Positions 27,415 to 36,551 of a DNA stretch of 42,569 nucleotides are shown piece by piece. The stretch comes from Thermoanaerobaculia bacterium (GTDB taxonomy: Bacteria; Acidobacteriota; Thermoanaerobaculia; Multivoradales; JAHEKO01). Location: contig JBFGLX010000001.1 of assembly GCA_041575955.1 (NCBI GenBank), forward strand, positions 1-42,569, read 5' to 3'. The position numbers and the translations under genes were made by a program. The notes beneath the pieces were generated by a model. The model was not told the origin of the DNA and searched no databases. It saw only the letters and a list, made by a program, of their open reading frames with translations. Position 1 is the first letter of the stretch; each line of letters opens with the position of its first letter.

Positions 27415-27996
27415 GTGACCGGCGATCGCTCGACGCTCAAGCTAGTGCGCATCGGACGGCCGCTCGATCCCGAGGCGGTCGATACGGTGGGCCGCCGGAT
27501 CCTCGACGCGCTCGGCCAGGTCATCCGCGAGCTTCGGATCCTCCAGTACGAGCCGCCGGCGGTGGAGCGAATCGAAGCCAGCCTGCTGTCGCAGGCGCTC
27601 GACCAGGGCCTCGGCGGCCACATCCTGGGAATCACCGACATCGACCTGCTGGACAGCTCGGGCCCCGACTTCTTCAAGTTTCTCTTCGGCTGCAAGGACA
27701 GCAGAAACGACGTCGCCATGGTGTCGACCCGCCGGCTCAAGAGCCGAGAGCCCGGCCGCTCGCTGAGCCGGCTGGTCAAGGTGGCCCTCCACGAGCTGGG
27801 GCACAACTTCGGCCTCGTCCACCACTACTCCTTTCAGCCCGCCGGCAACAACGGCTGCTGCCCGATGACCAAGGGCACCTACAACCGCCACGGCGAGCGC
27901 AGCTACGTGCGCTCGGTGATCGACTCCCGGGGGCTCGTCTTCTGCGACGACTGTCGCGGGTTCCTCGAGCGCGTCCACGGCGCGGCGCGGGCGTAG
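27415..27996 (+). CDS. Archaemetzincin-like zinc metalloprotease (peptidase M54)
   Basis: 193 aa. GTG start preceded by GGAGGAGG. Carries HELGHNFGLVHH plus Cys pairs (GCCPM, CDDC), as in archaemetzincins. Confidence 0.75.
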   Translation: MTGDRSTLKLVRIGRPLDPEAVDTVGRRILDALGQVIRELRILQYEPPAVERIEASLLSQALDQGLGGHILGITDIDLLDSSGPDFFKFLFGCKDSRNDVAMVSTRRLKSREPGRSLSRLVKVALHELGHNFGLVHHYSFQPAGNNGCCPMTKGTYNRHGERSYVRSVIDSRGLVFCDDCRGFLERVHGAARA

Positions 27997-28168
27997 CAGA
28001 GCCGCCGCGGCAAAATAGCGTACAATCAACGAACATCCTGGTATCGTTCGCTCTAGCCTGAGCTGTCCGTCGACCCAGACGACGCCAGGCGCCTTTGGGG
28101 GGTTTGATGCAATCTACCGGGGCTTGGCTCTTGGAATCCTCGGTGCAAGTTCAATGAAGGAGCAGAAG

Positions 28169-29020
28169 ATGAACGGACTCAACAGAAGCGCTTGGCTGTC
28201 TCTCCTGGCGGTGGCCGCCCTGGCGACCGCTTGCGCGACGCTGCCGCCGGCGGCATCGGGCCCGAAGGAGACGATCACTTTCGAGGAGTTCCCTCTCGGG
28301 CAGATCCTGAGCGAAGTGGCCCGGCCCTCCGGCAAGGTCGTGCGGGTCCTGGGCGAGAACCCGTCGTACCGCGCCAATGGCGCGGTGATCTTCGATTCCG
28401 CGAACTGGACCGACGACGACCAGGACCTGGCGACCCCGCATCGGGATTTCGAGATCGAGCTCCCGGACGGCACCAAGGTGCCCGGCCCGGGCATCGGGGT
28501 CGGCGGCCGCCGAGGCAGCCTGTGCGAGAACGACAAGCCGCTCGGGAAGCTGCTGATCGTCGACGAGGACCTGCAGCCCCTGACCGCGGACGGCAGGGTC
28601 GCGGAGCCCGACGACGAGGGCCAGATCGGAGCCAAGCTGTTTCTCGACTTCACCAGCATGGGCTCAGTGACCATCCACGACATCACCTTCGTCGACGTCG
28701 AGGAGGTCCCCGGCCGGGTAGCGTTCTTCAAGGTCGGGCTCGACGACAAGGAGAAGCGCGACAAGCCCCGGAACCTGCTGGCGAGCTACCAGTTCCGGAC
28801 GCTCGACAACGGCGTGGTGAGGCTCTTCCGCGAGGAGCTGCGCACCGCCTCCGAAGAGGGCTGCTACGTCCGGCTGAACTTCCGGCGGCACGGCAAGGTG
28901 CTGACGCCGCTCAGCAACGTGCGCCTGGTCGAGGTCGATTTCGCCGGCTCGGGGGCGATCGACAACATCGTCTACTCGGTCGAGACCCGGAAGCGGCGCG
29001 CCCGAGCGCCGGTGCAGTAG
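28169..29020 (+). CDS. Hypothetical lipoprotein
   Basis: ATG 28169 lies 6 nt after AAGGAG. The signal peptide has the lipobox LATAC. 283 aa. I do not recognise a domain. Confidence 0.7.
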   Translation: MNGLNRSAWLSLLAVAALATACATLPPAASGPKETITFEEFPLGQILSEVARPSGKVVRVLGENPSYRANGAVIFDSANWTDDDQDLATPHRDFEIELPDGTKVPGPGIGVGGRRGSLCENDKPLGKLLIVDEDLQPLTADGRVAEPDDEGQIGAKLFLDFTSMGSVTIHDITFVDVEEVPGRVAFFKVGLDDKEKRDKPRNLLASYQFRTLDNGVVRLFREELRTASEEGCYVRLNFRRHGKVLTPLSNVRLVEVDFAGSGAIDNIVYSVETRKRRARAPVQ

Positions 29021-29033
29021 AGCTCGCCGAGAG

Positions 29034-29561
29034 ATGCTGCAGCGGCCCGAACCGGACGAGTACGACGGCTACTACGACCTCTACGTCCGGCAGGTACCCG
29101 ACGGCGACGTGCTCGAGACCCTGTCGCGGCAGATCGAGCTGACCGGAGAGACGGTCGCCAGGGTGCCGCCCGACCTGGAGGGCTTCCGCTACCAGAGCGG
29201 CAAGTGGTCGGTGCGCGAGGTCGTCGGGCACATGCTGGACGTCGAGCGGACGTTCGGCTACCGGGCGCTCTGGTTCGCCCGCGCCAGCCCGGCGCCCCTG
29301 CCGGGGATCGACCAGGATCCCTGGGCCGAGGTCTCCAACGCCGGCAAGCGCGCGCTGGCCGAGATCTACGGCGAGCTCGCCCTCACCCGCATGTCGCACG
29401 TGGCGATGTTCCGCGGCTTCGACGAGGCGGCCTGGCTGCGCCGGGGCGTGGCCAGTGGCTGCGAGTTCACGGTCCGCTCGCTGCCGTTCATCCTCGCCGG
29501 CCACGAGATCCACCACCGGCGGGTGCTCGAGGAGCGCTACCTGGCTCTCGGAGCCTCCTGA
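29034..29561 (+). CDS. DinB/YfiT-family (DinB_2) metal-dependent protein
   Basis: 175 aa. Carries GKWSVREVVGHMLDVERTFGYR and ILAGHEIHHRRVLEERY, giving the His triad spacing typical of the DinB four-helix bundle. Confidence 0.85.
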   Translation: MLQRPEPDEYDGYYDLYVRQVPDGDVLETLSRQIELTGETVARVPPDLEGFRYQSGKWSVREVVGHMLDVERTFGYRALWFARASPAPLPGIDQDPWAEVSNAGKRALAEIYGELALTRMSHVAMFRGFDEAAWLRRGVASGCEFTVRSLPFILAGHEIHHRRVLEERYLALGAS

Positions 29562-29699
29562 CCTCGCCGAGCTCGTCCTCGCCGGCCCCGAGGGCCGACC
29601 CACAGCGACCCGCCCTGGGATAGAATTCCGACACGGATCAAGGGAGTGCGGCCATCGGCACCGGGTGCCTGGCATAGGCAGCCTCAGTTGTTCGATCGC

Positions 29700-30434
29700 A
29701 TGAACCAGCCCGAGCGGAAGACGAGACAGGACGCCGGGGGGCGCATTGGGGCCGTCGACGACCCGATAGGGGATCGGGACAAGCTGCGCGCCCTGGCCGC
29801 CGAGCTGGCCATCGCCGAGGAGCGGGAGCGGCGCCGGATCGCCGGCGGGCTCCACGATCAGGTCGGCCAGCTCCTGGGAATCGCCAAGGTCAAGCTCGGC
29901 GAGGCCCTCGACGCCGCCTCGGCCGCGGAGGCCGAGGAGCCGCTGTCCAAGGCCCGCTCGCTCGTCGACCAGGCGATCCGGGAGATCCGCACCCTGACCT
30001 TCGAGCTGAGCTCGCCGGTGCTCCAGGAGCTGGGCCTGGAAGCGGCCCTCGAGGGTCTGGCCGAACGGATGGCGACGCGCCACGGCATCCCCTGTCGTTT
30101 CGAGCGCGGCCGGCGGCAGCCGGCGCTCTCCGAGGAGACGGCGGTGCTGCTGCTGTCGATCGTGCGCGAGCTCTTGTGGAACGTCGCCAAGCACTCGCGG
30201 GCCCGCGAGGCGAAGCTGGCGATCGGCGCCGAGGGTGCTCGCTTGCGGATCGTGGTCGAGGACGACGGCGTCGGATTCGACGCCACGCTCGCCGGCGATC
30301 CGGTGAGCGACGGCGGCGGCCTGGGCCTGTTCGGCGCCCGCGAGCGCCTCGCCTACCTGGGCGGAACCCTCGCCGTCGACTCGACCCCCGGTCGCGGCTC
30401 GCGGGTCGTCCTGACGGTGCCGAACGCCCCATGA
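29700..30434 (+). CDS. Cytoplasmic histidine kinase (HisKA_3 + HATPase_c, NarX/DegS-type), no sensor or TM domain
   Basis: Has the H-box ERERRRIAGGLHDQVGQLL, the N-box LLWNVAKHS, and the G-boxes DDGVGFD and GGLGLFGARERL. The start is ATG 29700 or GTG 29646. The stop overlaps the response-regulator start (ATGA). Confidence 0.8.
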   Translation: MNQPERKTRQDAGGRIGAVDDPIGDRDKLRALAAELAIAEERERRRIAGGLHDQVGQLLGIAKVKLGEALDAASAAEAEEPLSKARSLVDQAIREIRTLTFELSSPVLQELGLEAALEGLAERMATRHGIPCRFERGRRQPALSEETAVLLLSIVRELLWNVAKHSRAREAKLAIGAEGARLRIVVEDDGVGFDATLAGDPVSDGGGLGLFGARERLAYLGGTLAVDSTPGRGSRVVLTVPNAP

Positions 30435-31096
30435 GCTTGCGCGTCCTCCTGGCCGACGACCATCGGATCGTCCGCGAGGGGCTCGCTGCCCTGATCGGCC
30501 GGGAGCCCGACATAGAGGTCGTCGGCACGGCTTCGGATGGCCGTGAGGCGGTGCGGCTCGCTCGAGAGGCCGCGCCCGACGTGGTGCTGATGGACGTCGC
30601 GATGCCGGGGATGAGCGGGGTCGAGGCGACGCGACAGATCGTCGCCGAGCTGCCGGCGGTCCGGGTGCTCTGCCTGTCGATGCACGTCGAGAGGAAGTTC
30701 GTCTCGGCCGTCCTCGAAGCCGGCGCCGCGGGCTATCTGCTCAAGGACTGCGCCCACGAGGAGCTGGTCGAGGCCATCCGCCAGGTGACCGCGGGCCGCG
30801 CCTACCTGAGCCCCTCGGTGGCCGCCACCGTGGTCGACGACTACGCGGCCCGCCTGTCGGGCGAGACGGCGCCGGACGCCTCGCCGCTTTCCGGCCGCGA
30901 GCGCGAGGTGCTCCAGCTGCTCGCCGAAGGCCGCTCCACCCGCGAGGTCGCCGAGCGCCTCCACCTCAGCCCCAAGACCGTCGGTAGCCACCGCGAGCGG
31001 ATCATGCGCAAGCTCGGCATCGACAGCATCGCCGGGCTGACCAAGTACGCGATCCGCCACGGCCTGACCACGGCGGATCGCAACTCGCCCCCGTAG
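30431..31096 (+). CDS. NarL/FixJ-family response regulator (REC + LuxR-type HTH)
   Basis: 221 aa. REC domain: LRVLLADDH...DVVLMDVAMPGMSG...GAAGYLLKD. HTH domain: LSGREREVLQLLAEGRSTREVAERLHLSPKTVGSHRERIMRKLG. Confidence 0.9.
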   Translation: MSLRVLLADDHRIVREGLAALIGREPDIEVVGTASDGREAVRLAREAAPDVVLMDVAMPGMSGVEATRQIVAELPAVRVLCLSMHVERKFVSAVLEAGAAGYLLKDCAHEELVEAIRQVTAGRAYLSPSVAATVVDDYAARLSGETAPDASPLSGREREVLQLLAEGRSTREVAERLHLSPKTVGSHRERIMRKLGIDSIAGLTKYAIRHGLTTADRNSPP

Positions 31097-31225
31097 GCCA
31101 CACCGGCGCGCGGCTCTGGCTCGGGAGCTTCCGGCTCCGATTTGGGGATTCCGGCCTCGCGGAATCAGTCATCGGCTGGTTGTGCCGGCCGGCCCCTTGT
31201 GCGCTTAATAGCATGAGAACCTCGC

Positions 31226-31648
31226 ATGGATACCATCAGCGTCCTGCTCGCCGACGACCACGACCTGGCGCGGCAGGCCTTGCGGGCGCTGATCGACGCC
31301 GCCGACGGGCTGCGGGTCGTCGCCGAGGCAGCGGACGGCCGCACCGCCGCCCGCCTCGCCCGCGAGCTCGAGCCCGACGTCGTGCTGATGGACGTGGTGA
31401 TGCCGGAGCTCTCCGGCGTCGAGGCGACCCGGCGGCTCACCGCCGAGCTGCCGGGCGTGCGTGTGCTGGCGATCTCGATGCACGGCGACCGGCGGTTCGT
31501 CGAGGCGATGCTGGAGGCCGGGGCGGCGGGTTATCTGCTCAAGGACGGCGCCGCCGAGGAGCTGGTCGGCGCGCTCCGGGCGGTGGCGGCGGGCAAGACC
31601 TACCTGAGCGGCGGGCTCGATCGCGCGCCTACGGACCCGAGGCCGTAA
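31226..31648 (+). CDS. Stand-alone receiver (REC-only) paralogue of the adjacent NarL-type regulator
   Basis: 140 aa. ISVLLADDH..DVVLMDVVMPELSGVEATRRL..GAAGYLLKD aligns along the full REC domain of 30431..31096. No HTH follows in any frame. Confidence 0.8.
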   Translation: MDTISVLLADDHDLARQALRALIDAADGLRVVAEAADGRTAARLARELEPDVVLMDVVMPELSGVEATRRLTAELPGVRVLAISMHGDRRFVEAMLEAGAAGYLLKDGAAEELVGALRAVAAGKTYLSGGLDRAPTDPRP

Positions 31649-32021
31649 GGCCGTCGCGAGCGCGCGGCGGCGCTGCGGTCCGGCCGCTGACGCCCGCCCT
31701 CGGAGTGAGCACTCTGCCCAACCGGCGTCAGTCGATTCCGCATCGGTTTTCCGGTCGATCGCCCCCCGAAAAGCAGGGACGCGCCGATTTCTCCCTCCCG
31801 GTCGGCCAGCTAGCATCGAACCCTACTCCGACAGAGCTGCCGCCGGGTGCACGCCGTGCGACAGCCCGACAAACAAATCCTCGAAGGAGGCCGTCCACGA
31901 TGACTTCGGTGCCTGAAGCCGGGATGCGACTCGGGTCGGCAGGAGTCGACCGACGGATCCGCGATCTCACCCGGCTGCTGCCGCGTTCAAGCAACTCATC
32001 GAACTCGAGAGGAACCTGACT

Positions 32022-33737
32022 ATGTCGAAGAGCATGCGCACGGTGCTACTCCTGGCCCTGGCCCTGGCCGCGGTCCTGGTCCTTGGGGACTTCGCCAGAA
32101 AGGCCGCCGAGGCCCAAGCCGTTCCTCAGCCGCGCCAACCCGCGCTCCCCGAGACGCCGGAGACGGCCGAAGAGGGCGACTGGGAGGCCGAAGACTCGGA
32201 CTCGGATTCGTCCGAGGACCAGGAGTGGTCCGGCGAGGACGACGAAGGAGAGTCCGCGCCTCGCGCCGCGGGCGCACCGGCCGGCGACTGCCGGCCAATC
32301 GACCCCAAGGCCGACTACACCGACGATCCCGATCAGCTGGCCAACAGGCTGCGGCAGGATGGCGCCTGGCCGCCCTGTGATCGGGGAGGCCTGGACAAGA
32401 GCGGCGGAAGCACCGGCCTCGACCAGATCCAGGCCGCCTTCGACATCTTTGCCTGGGACACGTTCGTCGCCCTCAACTGGCCGGCGAGCTCGCCGGGGGA
32501 GCCCGACCCGTCACGGGTGATCGGCGACGGCAAGAACGGCGACAACGAGACCGTCTGGGAGAGCTGGAAGGAGAGCTTCGAGATCTTCCTGCCCAACGGC
32601 GCAGCGCCTTCGGCCTGGGGCGATCCACGAGTGCCGCCCGCCGTCTGCCCCACCACCGATGGCCGGACCCGCCGGGTCCTGACGCAGCTCGGCAAGGCGC
32701 CGCTCGACTTCGTCCACCGGGGACCCGACGGCAACGTCCTCGACGAGTTCTCCAATCCGTTCAAGAGCGGTCCGATCATCGACCAGATGGGCCGTTTCGC
32801 GCGCTTCGAGATCGCGGTGAACGAGACGATGTTCGACCACATCGTCACCAACGTCTTGTACAGCAGGGCGGGCCAGCGGCAGTACGCCCTGGAAGCGGCA
32901 AAGCCGGGCAGCCAGCTGCCCAAGCACAGGGGCAAGCCGGCCGTGCAGTTCCCGTACGGGCGCATCGCCAAGCAAGATCCGGACGATCCCAGCGCCGGGG
33001 TCGGCTCGATCATGATCAAAGCGGGCTGGATGGACCTCACGGGCTACGACGAGGAGGTCGTGAGGACCTTCCACACCAAGACGGGTTTCGTCTACACCCC
33101 GGCGGAAAAGGAGTCGGGGATCGAGGAGCGGTGCGAGCTGAAGACGATGGGCCTGGTGGGCCTCCACATCGCCCACAAGACCTGCTTCGCTCCGCAGTGG
33201 GTCTGGGCCACCTTCGAGCACGTTGACAACGTGCCCACGCTCGATGACGTGATGCTCGACAACTTGAAAGACCGGTACAACTTCTACAAGCCGCACTGCA
33301 CGGACTGCGAGCCGGTCAACCAACCGCCCGCCGACCGGCCCTGGAACCCGAACAAGGGAGCCAAGCCCTCCCAGATCGTGCGCATCGACTCGATCCCCAA
33401 ACTGGATCCCAACGCCGAGCGCCTGAACGAGCTTTACCACCAAGCGCTCGCACGCTTGAGCCCCGATTCAGTCTGGCGGCACTACGAGCTGATCAGCGCC
33501 CAATGGCCCACCAGGACGAACCGAGACGAGTGCACGACCCTGAGATCCAACCCCGGTGGCGATCCGGCCCCCAACTTCCTCGCCAACACCACTCTCGAAA
33601 CCTACATCCAGGGGCACACGCCGCGGGTGTCGTCGAACTGCACCGACTGCCACGGCGACGCGACGACGACGGCGACCGGGACCAAGCAGAACGTGCTGCA
33701 TGCGGATTTCACCTTCCTGCTCGAGAGAGCCAACTAG
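32022..33737 (+). CDS. Secreted 571-aa protein with an acidic low-complexity N-terminal region and a single C-terminal CxxCH (putative mono-haem c)
   Basis: ATG preceded by GAGAGGA. Signal peptide: MSKSMRTVLLLALALAAVLVLG...AEAQA. An acidic tract (EEGDWEAEDSDSDSSEDQEWSGEDDEGE) follows. NCTDCH lies at nt 33639-33653, followed by DFTFLLERAN at the C-terminus. Confidence 0.75.
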   Translation: MSKSMRTVLLLALALAAVLVLGDFARKAAEAQAVPQPRQPALPETPETAEEGDWEAEDSDSDSSEDQEWSGEDDEGESAPRAAGAPAGDCRPIDPKADYTDDPDQLANRLRQDGAWPPCDRGGLDKSGGSTGLDQIQAAFDIFAWDTFVALNWPASSPGEPDPSRVIGDGKNGDNETVWESWKESFEIFLPNGAAPSAWGDPRVPPAVCPTTDGRTRRVLTQLGKAPLDFVHRGPDGNVLDEFSNPFKSGPIIDQMGRFARFEIAVNETMFDHIVTNVLYSRAGQRQYALEAAKPGSQLPKHRGKPAVQFPYGRIAKQDPDDPSAGVGSIMIKAGWMDLTGYDEEVVRTFHTKTGFVYTPAEKESGIEERCELKTMGLVGLHIAHKTCFAPQWVWATFEHVDNVPTLDDVMLDNLKDRYNFYKPHCTDCEPVNQPPADRPWNPNKGAKPSQIVRIDSIPKLDPNAERLNELYHQALARLSPDSVWRHYELISAQWPTRTNRDECTTLRSNPGGDPAPNFLANTTLETYIQGHTPRVSSNCTDCHGDATTTATGTKQNVLHADFTFLLERAN

Positions 33738-33757
33738 AAAGCGCCGGAGGAGAGGAT

Positions 33758-34450
33758 ATGAGCGACGCCGAGCTGACACGAGAGGATCTCTTCGTGGGCC
33801 TGTCATCGATACTGACCGGCCTGCCACCGGGTGAGTTGAAGCCGTTTGCCGACAAAGACATGTTGAGCCAGATCTTCTGCGACAAGGTCATCAGCGAGGT
33901 GGGCGAAGACAAGCTCGACCACCTCCTCGAGCGCTTCGCCAACCGGTTCCACGAGCTGGTCCTGGCGATCGAGGGGCAGGACTCCGACCCGGGACTCGCA
34001 GCCCTGCGCCAGGAGTTCAAGAAGCTGGAAGCCAGGAGAAGCAGGTCGCTCCACTTTTCCGAGCAGGTGACCCTCGTCCTTCAGGAAGCCAAGCGACAGG
34101 GTGACGCCGCCTGGTGGATGGGCGCCTTCGCCGGCATCCTGAGCCCCGGCGTGAACGCCCCGCGGGAGGAGCAGGAGCAGGCCGGCATCGCGGCCTCGAT
34201 CATCAAGATGTGGTACCTGGGGTCCTGGTACGCGCCGGAGCCCAAGAACGACGGGGAGCGTTACTTCGGCGGCAAGGTCGTCCCGACGCCCGCCGCCCCG
34301 GGCATGGCCTACGTCAAGGGCTGGGTCTGGAGGGTAGCGCAGACGCACCCCATGGGAGTGGCCGGACACTTCGGCGCCCTGGGGGGAGAACACGGCGACT
34401 GGGGCGACCAGCCGCGCGCATCGCTCGACGACATGGTGGAGGGCAAGTGA
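33758..34450 (+). CDS. Homologue of the small subunit of membrane-bound FAD-dependent sugar dehydrogenases (FAD-SLDH/gamma-subunit family), lacking a Tat signal
   Basis: 230 aa. ATG preceded by GGAGGAGAGGA. The N-terminal LFVGLSSILTGL matches the F..LS..LTG motif. IIKMWYLGSWY ... WVWRVAQTHPMGV ... GDWGDQP resembles the conserved WYLG / W..pP C-terminal region of the family. Confidence 0.65.
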   Translation: MSDAELTREDLFVGLSSILTGLPPGELKPFADKDMLSQIFCDKVISEVGEDKLDHLLERFANRFHELVLAIEGQDSDPGLAALRQEFKKLEARRSRSLHFSEQVTLVLQEAKRQGDAAWWMGAFAGILSPGVNAPREEQEQAGIAASIIKMWYLGSWYAPEPKNDGERYFGGKVVPTPAAPGMAYVKGWVWRVAQTHPMGVAGHFGALGGEHGDWGDQPRASLDDMVEGK

Positions 34451-34453
34451 ACC

Positions 34454-36535
34454 ATGAGTGACATGCGTGATCCGAAGCACGAGGAGTACGACGTGGTGAT
34501 CGTGGGCGCCGGCATCGCCGGCGGGCTGGTGGCGCTGGAGCTGGCCCGGAACGGCAAGCGCGTGCTCATCCTGGAGGCCGGTCGGTACGGCTATGAAGGC
34601 AAGACGCGGCGGGCGGAGGACGCCAAGCTCCCGCTGCCCCCCGATCGCGCGGAGTACATGGAGAACTTCTTCATGGCGACCGCCAAGACTCCGAACGCGC
34701 CCTATCCGCCGCTGCCCTCGCCGGAGCCGCTGGACCCCCAGCCCGATCCGGCGCACGAGCACGTCCCGAGGGCGACGAATCTCGCGAGCAACGATTCCGT
34801 GTTCCGACACAAGGACCAGAGCTATCTGACCTACGAATACGGCTCGAGGCCCTACAAGAGCGGCTACGAGCGCGTCGGCGGGGGCACCACCTGGCATTGG
34901 TCGGCCACGGCCGTCAGGCTGTTCCCCAACGACTTCCGGATGCAGGACGAGTACGGCGACGAGGGGCGCTTTTCCGACGGCATGGAGAACTGGCCGGTCG
35001 GCTATGACGACGTGCTGCCTTTCTACAACCGGGCCAACCGCCTGATCGGCGTGGCGGGCAGCCGCGAGGTGGACGAGGAGCTGGGCCTGCCGTTCGACGA
35101 GGACTACCCCATGCCGCCGGTTCCGAAGACGCTGGTGGACCAGGCCTTCGAGGCGGCGAACGGCCTGGAGATCGACGGCGACGGCGAGGTGAGGGTCACG
35201 ATCACGCCCCAGGGCCGCAACACGATCCACTACCCCGACCCCAAGCTCGCCAAGGGCGATCCGGCCCTCGAGCGGGACCTGATCGGAGTGGAGCGCCGGG
35301 TGTGCGCGGGCAATACGAACTGCATTCCCATCTGCCCGATCCAGGCCAAGTACGACGCCACGGTGACGCTCAACGACGCCCTGGACACCACCAACTCCAG
35401 CGGCGAGAGCATGGTCGAGATCCTGCCCCAGAGCGTTGCCGAGAAGGTGCTCGTCGACCCCAACGGCAGGGTCGAAGGCATCCAGTACCTCCAGTGGGAG
35501 AAGGAGCCGGGGGACGCGCCCCGCGTGCCCAAGGTGGCCAAGGGAAAGATCTACGTGCTGGCGGCCCACGCCATCGAGAATCCGAAGCTGCTGCTCAACT
35601 CGGCGTCGGACGCGCTTCCGCAAGGCGTCGCCAACAGCGGTGGGAAAAGCCACGACAACGTCGGCCGGTACCTGATGGACCACGTGATGTACCTGACCTG
35701 GGCCCTCACCAGGGACCCGGTGTGGCCCTTCCGCGGGCCGGTCGCCACCTCCGGCATCGAGACCCTGCGCGACGGACCCTTCCGTCGCCACCGTTCCGCC
35801 TGGCGTATCGAGATCGGCAACGAGGGCTGGCAGTGGGCGAAGGGCGACCCCTACACGTCGGTCATCGACTTCGTCGACGGGCTGAACTCAACCGGCATCA
35901 ACGCCGAGAACGCGCGCAACCACCGCCGCCTGTTCGGCCACGACCTCTACCAGAAGCTCAACCACGATCTCACCCGCCAGGTGCGCATGGGGTTCCTGCT
36001 CGAGCAAGACCCGGTCAGAGACATGCGCGTGATGCTCGACCCCGACGACCGCGTGGTCGACGGGCTGGGCATTCGCCGGCCGATGATCTCGGGCTACGGC
36101 ATCTCCGAGTACACCAAGCGGGGCTTTCTGTCGGCGGAGGCGGCGTCGAAGGCGATCTGGGAGCGGATGGGAGCGACGCACTATCCCGAGGAGGGCCTTC
36201 CCGACAAGCCGAACTTCGGCAGGGAGGAGTACGACAGGATGAACGCAGATGCGGGCGGTGTTGGCGGCGCCTGCTTCGAGGTCAAGGTCGGCGACGAGAC
36301 CCGCTACTTCCCCTACTACGGGGCAGGTCACATCATGGGGACCCACCGCATGGGAACCGACCCGCGAACGTCGGTGTTGAACCATCGGCAGCAGAGCTGG
36401 GATCACGACAACCTGTTCATGGTGGGGAGCGGCGTCTTCCCGACGACGGCCACGGCCAACCCGACGCTCACCATCGCCGCCCTGGCGCTGATGGCGGCCG
36501 AGAACGTCCTGCACGATCTCGCCGAGCTGGGCTGA
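34454..36535 (+). CDS. GMC-family FAD-dependent oxidoreductase (catalytic subunit type of FAD-GDH/FDH/SLDH complexes)
   Basis: 693 aa. Carries YDVVIVGAGIAGGLVALELARNGKRVLILEAG, a Cys motif CAGNTNCIPICPIQAKYD (nt 35303-35335) like the 3Fe-4S site of Burkholderia FAD-GDH alpha, and a C-terminal GTHRMGTDP...VGSGVFPTTATANPTLTIAALAL. Confidence 0.9.
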   Translation: MSDMRDPKHEEYDVVIVGAGIAGGLVALELARNGKRVLILEAGRYGYEGKTRRAEDAKLPLPPDRAEYMENFFMATAKTPNAPYPPLPSPEPLDPQPDPAHEHVPRATNLASNDSVFRHKDQSYLTYEYGSRPYKSGYERVGGGTTWHWSATAVRLFPNDFRMQDEYGDEGRFSDGMENWPVGYDDVLPFYNRANRLIGVAGSREVDEELGLPFDEDYPMPPVPKTLVDQAFEAANGLEIDGDGEVRVTITPQGRNTIHYPDPKLAKGDPALERDLIGVERRVCAGNTNCIPICPIQAKYDATVTLNDALDTTNSSGESMVEILPQSVAEKVLVDPNGRVEGIQYLQWEKEPGDAPRVPKVAKGKIYVLAAHAIENPKLLLNSASDALPQGVANSGGKSHDNVGRYLMDHVMYLTWALTRDPVWPFRGPVATSGIETLRDGPFRRHRSAWRIEIGNEGWQWAKGDPYTSVIDFVDGLNSTGINAENARNHRRLFGHDLYQKLNHDLTRQVRMGFLLEQDPVRDMRVMLDPDDRVVDGLGIRRPMISGYGISEYTKRGFLSAEAASKAIWERMGATHYPEEGLPDKPNFGREEYDRMNADAGGVGGACFEVKVGDETRYFPYYGAGHIMGTHRMGTDPRTSVLNHRQQSWDHDNLFMVGSGVFPTTATANPTLTIAALALMAAENVLHDLAELG

Positions 36536-36551
36536 GAGGAAGGAGAGCTGG

